Positions 34,028 to 37,487 of a DNA stretch of 37,487 nt are shown here, one piece after another. A model generated the notes under the pieces. It saw only the letters and a list, made by a program, of their open reading frames with translations. It had not been told where the DNA came from and searched no databases. The position numbers were made by a program, and so were the translations under genes. Within the stretch, counting starts at the first letter, position 1. Each line of letters starts with the position of its first letter. The stretch comes from a virus (taxonomy: Duplodnaviria > Caudoviricetes): positions 1 to 37,487 of the IMG/VR virus record IMGVR_UViG_3300043119_000179; one strand, written 5' to 3'.

Positions 34028-36541
34028 TTAACGTAAACGGTACAAAACAAATGTGTTTGCCGCAGTACGGCGAATTCGGAATCCTGCCGAAACACCAGTT
34101 GCAATGGTAAGGCCACCAAGACTTGTCACGCCAGTGTTCACAGCCATTGTGATGGTTCCAGAGGCCGTGTTGATGACGGTGAAGTCGTAACCTAAGTCGG
34201 TTGTAGCCCAAGGAACCAATGTTTCCATTGTTGTGCCAAGGGGCATCGTCACCGTGTAGCTTGTGCCCGTGGTATTGATGATCTGGGTTTGGATGTTGGC
34301 GTTGGTCAGCGTAGCAGTCGTGCTGATGGACGCAGGGGCTGGAGCGTCAACAACAATTGCGCCTGTTAATAACTGCACGTTGCCGGAGGCGTCGATACGC
34401 ATGCGCTCGGTTGGTGTTGTCGAGTTTGTACCATTCCCGAAGATAAGGTTGCCACTGCCATCGTTGTAGATTCGGCTGTCAAGGCCACCAGATGGCACGG
34501 TGAACAACAACTCAGGTGCAGCAGCCGTCACCAACAATCGACCTTGTGCTTGGATGTCCCCCACCACATCCAACTTGTAGGACGGCGCAGTTGACCCAAC
34601 ACCAAGGTTGCCTGCGGCATCGAGGCGCATGCGCTCGGTGTTGTTGGTGGTGAAATACAAGGGAAGGTTTTCCCGCATCTCAATGCCGCCAGCGGTATTG
34701 TCCAAAGCAATCTGCAAACCGTCACCAGAAGCGTCACCCGTGGATGTGTTTTTTAGCGCAAGTCGAGCCTGACCCGCCCCACCATTGATGGCGATAGTTG
34801 TTCCAGATGCGCCACTGGGAGAAGTCGTTCCCAAGCCGAGGTTGCCTGCGCTGGTTATGCGGACTTTTTCTGTTGCCGCTGCACCTGCTGCCGCTGTCCA
34901 GAAAGCCAATGCTCCACTTGTCGCAGCGGAAGCTGTATCGGCAACAGAACGGATGCGGCTTACCGCTTGCGCTCCAACACCACTGGTGTCGTTTGAGTAG
35001 AAGTCCAATGTGCCAACAGTTTCCCCCGCAGCCCAAGCCACTTTGCTCTGCGTATCACGAATGTTTAGGGTTGGCTCAATTCCAGCAACGTCCAGAACAC
35101 CAAGAGGAGAGGTCGTCCCAATGCCTACGTTGCCTGCGCTGGTGATGCGGACTTTTTCTGTAGCTGCGGAATCTGTAGCAGAAGTCCAAAACGACAAAGC
35201 TCCCGCAACGGTTGTTGCTGTGTTGTCCGCAAAACTACGGATTCGCGCAACAGTTCTTGGGCCGGAACCGCTTGGGTCTGCTGAGTAGAAATCTAAATCA
35301 CCAACCGTGTCGCCAGTGACCCATGATTTACTTTGCGTGTCTTTAATGGTCAGGACAGGCGTTGTGCCAGCCACATCCAAAACGCTAACAGGCGAAGTTG
35401 TCCCAATACCTACGTTGCCTGCAAAGTAGTTCTGCGCTGTACCGCTGGCGTAGATGTTCCACTTGTTTGTTCCGGAGGAGACCAGCGAGGTGATGCCGTA
35501 GTTGTTTGTGCCTTGGGTTTGGTCGGCAATTTGAATACCATACCAGTTTGTAACTGTTGACGCTGCGCCTTTTGTTCCTGTTTGAGCATAAAAACCAATT
35601 ACATCTGCACAGGTATACGCCGAATCCGCAGTCTTTGGTTGTGAACTAAATCCTACAGTGCGCGATGTAGCGGCAGTAGTGCTTGTAGGGGATGAATAAA
35701 AACCAGTTTGAGTGCTTCCAGTCAACGCTGTACTTTGAACATACGCTGCAATAGTGCTATTTGCAGCACCACCCACCCCCATATACCCATTCACCTGCAC
35801 GGTGTCGGTGGAGGCATCACCGAGGGTTACGTTGCCTGTTATGTTTGCATTGCCTGTAACGGACAGTCTGTTGGTAGGAGATGTGGTTCCAATGCCCAAG
35901 TTGCCGGAAGAGTCGATACGCATGCGCTCGGTGTTGTTGACAAACACGAGGTTGTCAGCAGTGGCACCCACGCCAATATCAAGAGTTGTTGTGTCGTCCT
36001 TGTATACAGACAATGCAGTGGCGTCAGTGCTCTCAAACAGGGCTACGTTGTTTAATGTGCCTGAGTTGACGTGCAACCTGTTTGCAGGAGAACTGGTGCC
36101 AATACCCAGACCTGTGCTGGTCAGGCGCATTTTTTCGGAGTTGCTAATCAGCCACGCTTGATATGAGCCATCAAAAGCCAAAGGAGTTCTGACAGAGGCA
36201 GTCCTGTCAAACGACATGATTCGACCGACACCTGCAAAACTTGCTGCTCCGTATGTAATCTCAACACTGGAGCCGGAGGAAGGATTGCCAGCACCTGCAA
36301 TACCAACGCCACCAGTAAATGAGCCAACTGCGCTCGTTGCAAAAGTCGTCCCATCAAAGACCAGCGCAGACCCAGTGGTCAAGACTTTGGAGGCTGAGAG
36401 GTACAACACACCATTTGCCGTCCCGGACGAGTAAGTACCGCCGAGCTGAGTCTTGTCGTTGTTCAGGTTTGTAAAGTTTGCATCTACTTCAGCATTGGTC
36501 AGGGGTGAACCCTTGACACTGCGCAAAACGATGGTGCTCAT
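34028..36541 (-). CDS. Tail fibre protein with repeated ERMRI.S.GNxGIGT modules
   Basis: N-terminal KGSPLTNAEVDANF motif; several E[RK][MV]R[IL]xxxGNxGxG repeats; GAGG SD. Confidence 0.88.
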   Translation of the reverse strand: MSTIVLRSVKGSPLTNAEVDANFTNLNNDKTQLGGTYSSGTANGVLYLSASKVLTTGSALVFDGTTFATSAVGSFTGGVGIAGAGNPSSGSSVEITYGAASFAGVGRIMSFDRTASVRTPLAFDGSYQAWLISNSEKMRLTSTGLGIGTSSPANRLHVNSGTLNNVALFESTDATALSVYKDDTTTLDIGVGATADNLVFVNNTERMRIDSSGNLGIGTTSPTNRLSVTGNANITGNVTLGDASTDTVQVNGYMGVGGAANSTIAAYVQSTALTGSTQTGFYSSPTSTTAATSRTVGFSSQPKTADSAYTCADVIGFYAQTGTKGAASTVTNWYGIQIADQTQGTNNYGITSLVSSGTNKWNIYASGTAQNYFAGNVGIGTTSPVSVLDVAGTTPVLTIKDTQSKSWVTGDTVGDLDFYSADPSGSGPRTVARIRSFADNTATTVAGALSFWTSATDSAATEKVRITSAGNVGIGTTSPLGVLDVAGIEPTLNIRDTQSKVAWAAGETVGTLDFYSNDTSGVGAQAVSRIRSVADTASAATSGALAFWTAAAGAAATEKVRITSAGNLGLGTTSPSGASGTTIAINGGAGQARLALKNTSTGDASGDGLQIALDNTAGGIEMRENLPLYFTTNNTERMRLDAAGNLGVGSTAPSYKLDVVGDIQAQGRLLVTAAAPELLFTVPSGGLDSRIYNDGSGNLIFGNGTNSTTPTERMRIDASGNVQLLTGAIVVDAPAPASISTTATLTNANIQTQIINTTGTSYTVTMPLGTTMETLVPWATTDLGYDFTVINTASGTITMAVNTGVTSLGGLTIATGVSAGFRIRRTAANTFVLYRLR

Positions 36542-36576
36542 ATATTCCTCTCTGGTACTGGGCTCAGGGCGTCAAA

Positions 36577-37014
36577 TCACGAAACGGTGATGGTCCAAGT
36601 GATCGACATGCTGTCGTCTGCGCCCTTATTAACTACGGAAAATTCTGTTCTGCACAGCAAGGTTCCGCCGCTGGAAGCGTTCAAAATACCTGCTTCCGTG
36701 ACCGCGCCAGTGCCGGTACCTGCGCCGAAGGACGCAACGTATGTCACCACAGCGCCAGTGGATGTGCTGGAGGTCAAAGACACACGACCCAGTTCAGTCT
36801 GCAGCGCGGTATCGCCAACAGCCGGATCGGTAGTGCCCGAGCCGATGGCCATATGACTCATAGCCGTGGGGGTGCCCACCATGCGAGCTGCGATGAACGT
36901 CTTACCAGTCGTAACGACCAAGTTGGGTACGTTCTGCTCAGCCTTGAGTTTGCCGTCAGGACCGAACAGCTTGATGCTCAACTCGCCTTTGGCTTTGATG
37001 GATTCTTGGATCAT
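36577..37014 (-). CDS. Virion structural protein (tail/fibre-anchor-like)
   Basis: NLVVTTGK...MAIGSG...DTAL..E...TEAG.LNA..GGTL..R pattern; AGGAG SD. Confidence 0.75.
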   Translation of the reverse strand: MIQESIKAKGELSIKLFGPDGKLKAEQNVPNLVVTTGKTFIAARMVGTPTAMSHMAIGSGTTDPAVGDTALQTELGRVSLTSSTSTGAVVTYVASFGAGTGTGAVTEAGILNASSGGTLLCRTEFSVVNKGADDSMSITWTITVS

Positions 37015-37023
37015 GACAATCTC

Positions 37024-37485
37024 CTATGCAAACGTGCGGTACTCACCGACGTAATCAGCTTCAAAATATGTCAGGTCGCAGTACCCCTGCGAGATTACCG
37101 AACCCGACTCTGTGAACCCAAATGAATCTGCGACCGCTTTGGTGGTGGACCGTACCGCTGAATCCGCTGTACCTGCTGTGTCGGAGAGAATTTTGGTGGA
37201 CGCTACAGCCGCAACGTCTGCAGCCGTTAGTGTATCCGCAAGTGCCTTACTAAAGCTAGTGAATGTGGCAGAGCTTGCACTGAACGCGTCTGCAAGGGCT
37301 TTTACCGCCTCAAGAGCTATGCTGTCCTCTACCCCCAGCTCGTCCGTAAGCGTCTTGGCGATGTCGAAAAACCGTGCGTCCCCAATAGACGCCACGTTGT
37401 TGACGTATTTCTGGAACAAGTACTCTGTGCCGTCGCCTATGTCAGCGCCGTCGTTCATTGCAAAGGCATCAGCTATCAACTTGCT
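37024..37485 (-). CDS. Structural protein with 18-aa repeats, 5'-truncated
   Basis: Frame is open to the window edge. KxLxD recurs every 18 aa. Confidence 0.75.
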   Translation of the reverse strand, partial: SKLIADAFAMNDGADIGDGTEYLFQKYVNNVASIGDARFFDIAKTLTDELGVEDSIALEAVKALADAFSASSATFTSFSKALADTLTAADVAAVASTKILSDTAGTADSAVRSTTKAVADSFGFTESGSVISQGYCDLTYFEADYVGEYRTFA

Positions 37486-37487
37486 GA

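Noticed and set aside
34028-36541. Diversity-generating retroelement TR/VR pair
   Set aside because: There is no reverse transcriptase in the window, and the repeats differ at all base types rather than only at adenines.

Overview
A 37.5-kb internal fragment of a tailed dsDNA bacteriophage genome. The gene content suggests a podovirus-like phage of a Gram-negative host (spanins are present); a freshwater Betaproteobacteria-type host is only an inference. There are two convergent arms. The plus arm (1-13168) holds a chain of tiny coupled early genes joined by repeated junction sequences, a dATP/dGTP diphosphohydrolase, family A DNA polymerase, Cas4-like nuclease, VRR-NUC, SNF2 helicase, putative SSB, primase-DUF927 helicase, MazG-like pyrophosphatase and two HNH proteins. 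The minus arm (37487 down to 13169) holds tail fibre and tail proteins, an extended lysis/membrane cluster (GH19 endolysin, Rz with embedded Rz1, holin candidates, an extra lipoprotein), a GNAT protein, three putative ejection proteins and five tiny Lys-rich proteins. Capsid, portal and terminase genes lie outside the window. No tRNA, rRNA, CRISPR array, integrase or reverse transcriptase was seen. Most notable: (i) a 2325-aa putative ejected polyvalent protein with an ADP-ribosyltransferase-like module, an HExxH motif and four QxxLF-type sliding-clamp motifs, a motif also found on the dNTP hydrolase; (ii) a cassette-like early gene array with exact DNA repeats at gene junctions and a constant-variable-constant layout; (iii) the basic microprotein cluster, four of whose genes are missing from the ORF track. 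All family assignments come from motif recognition by eye, not from database searches.
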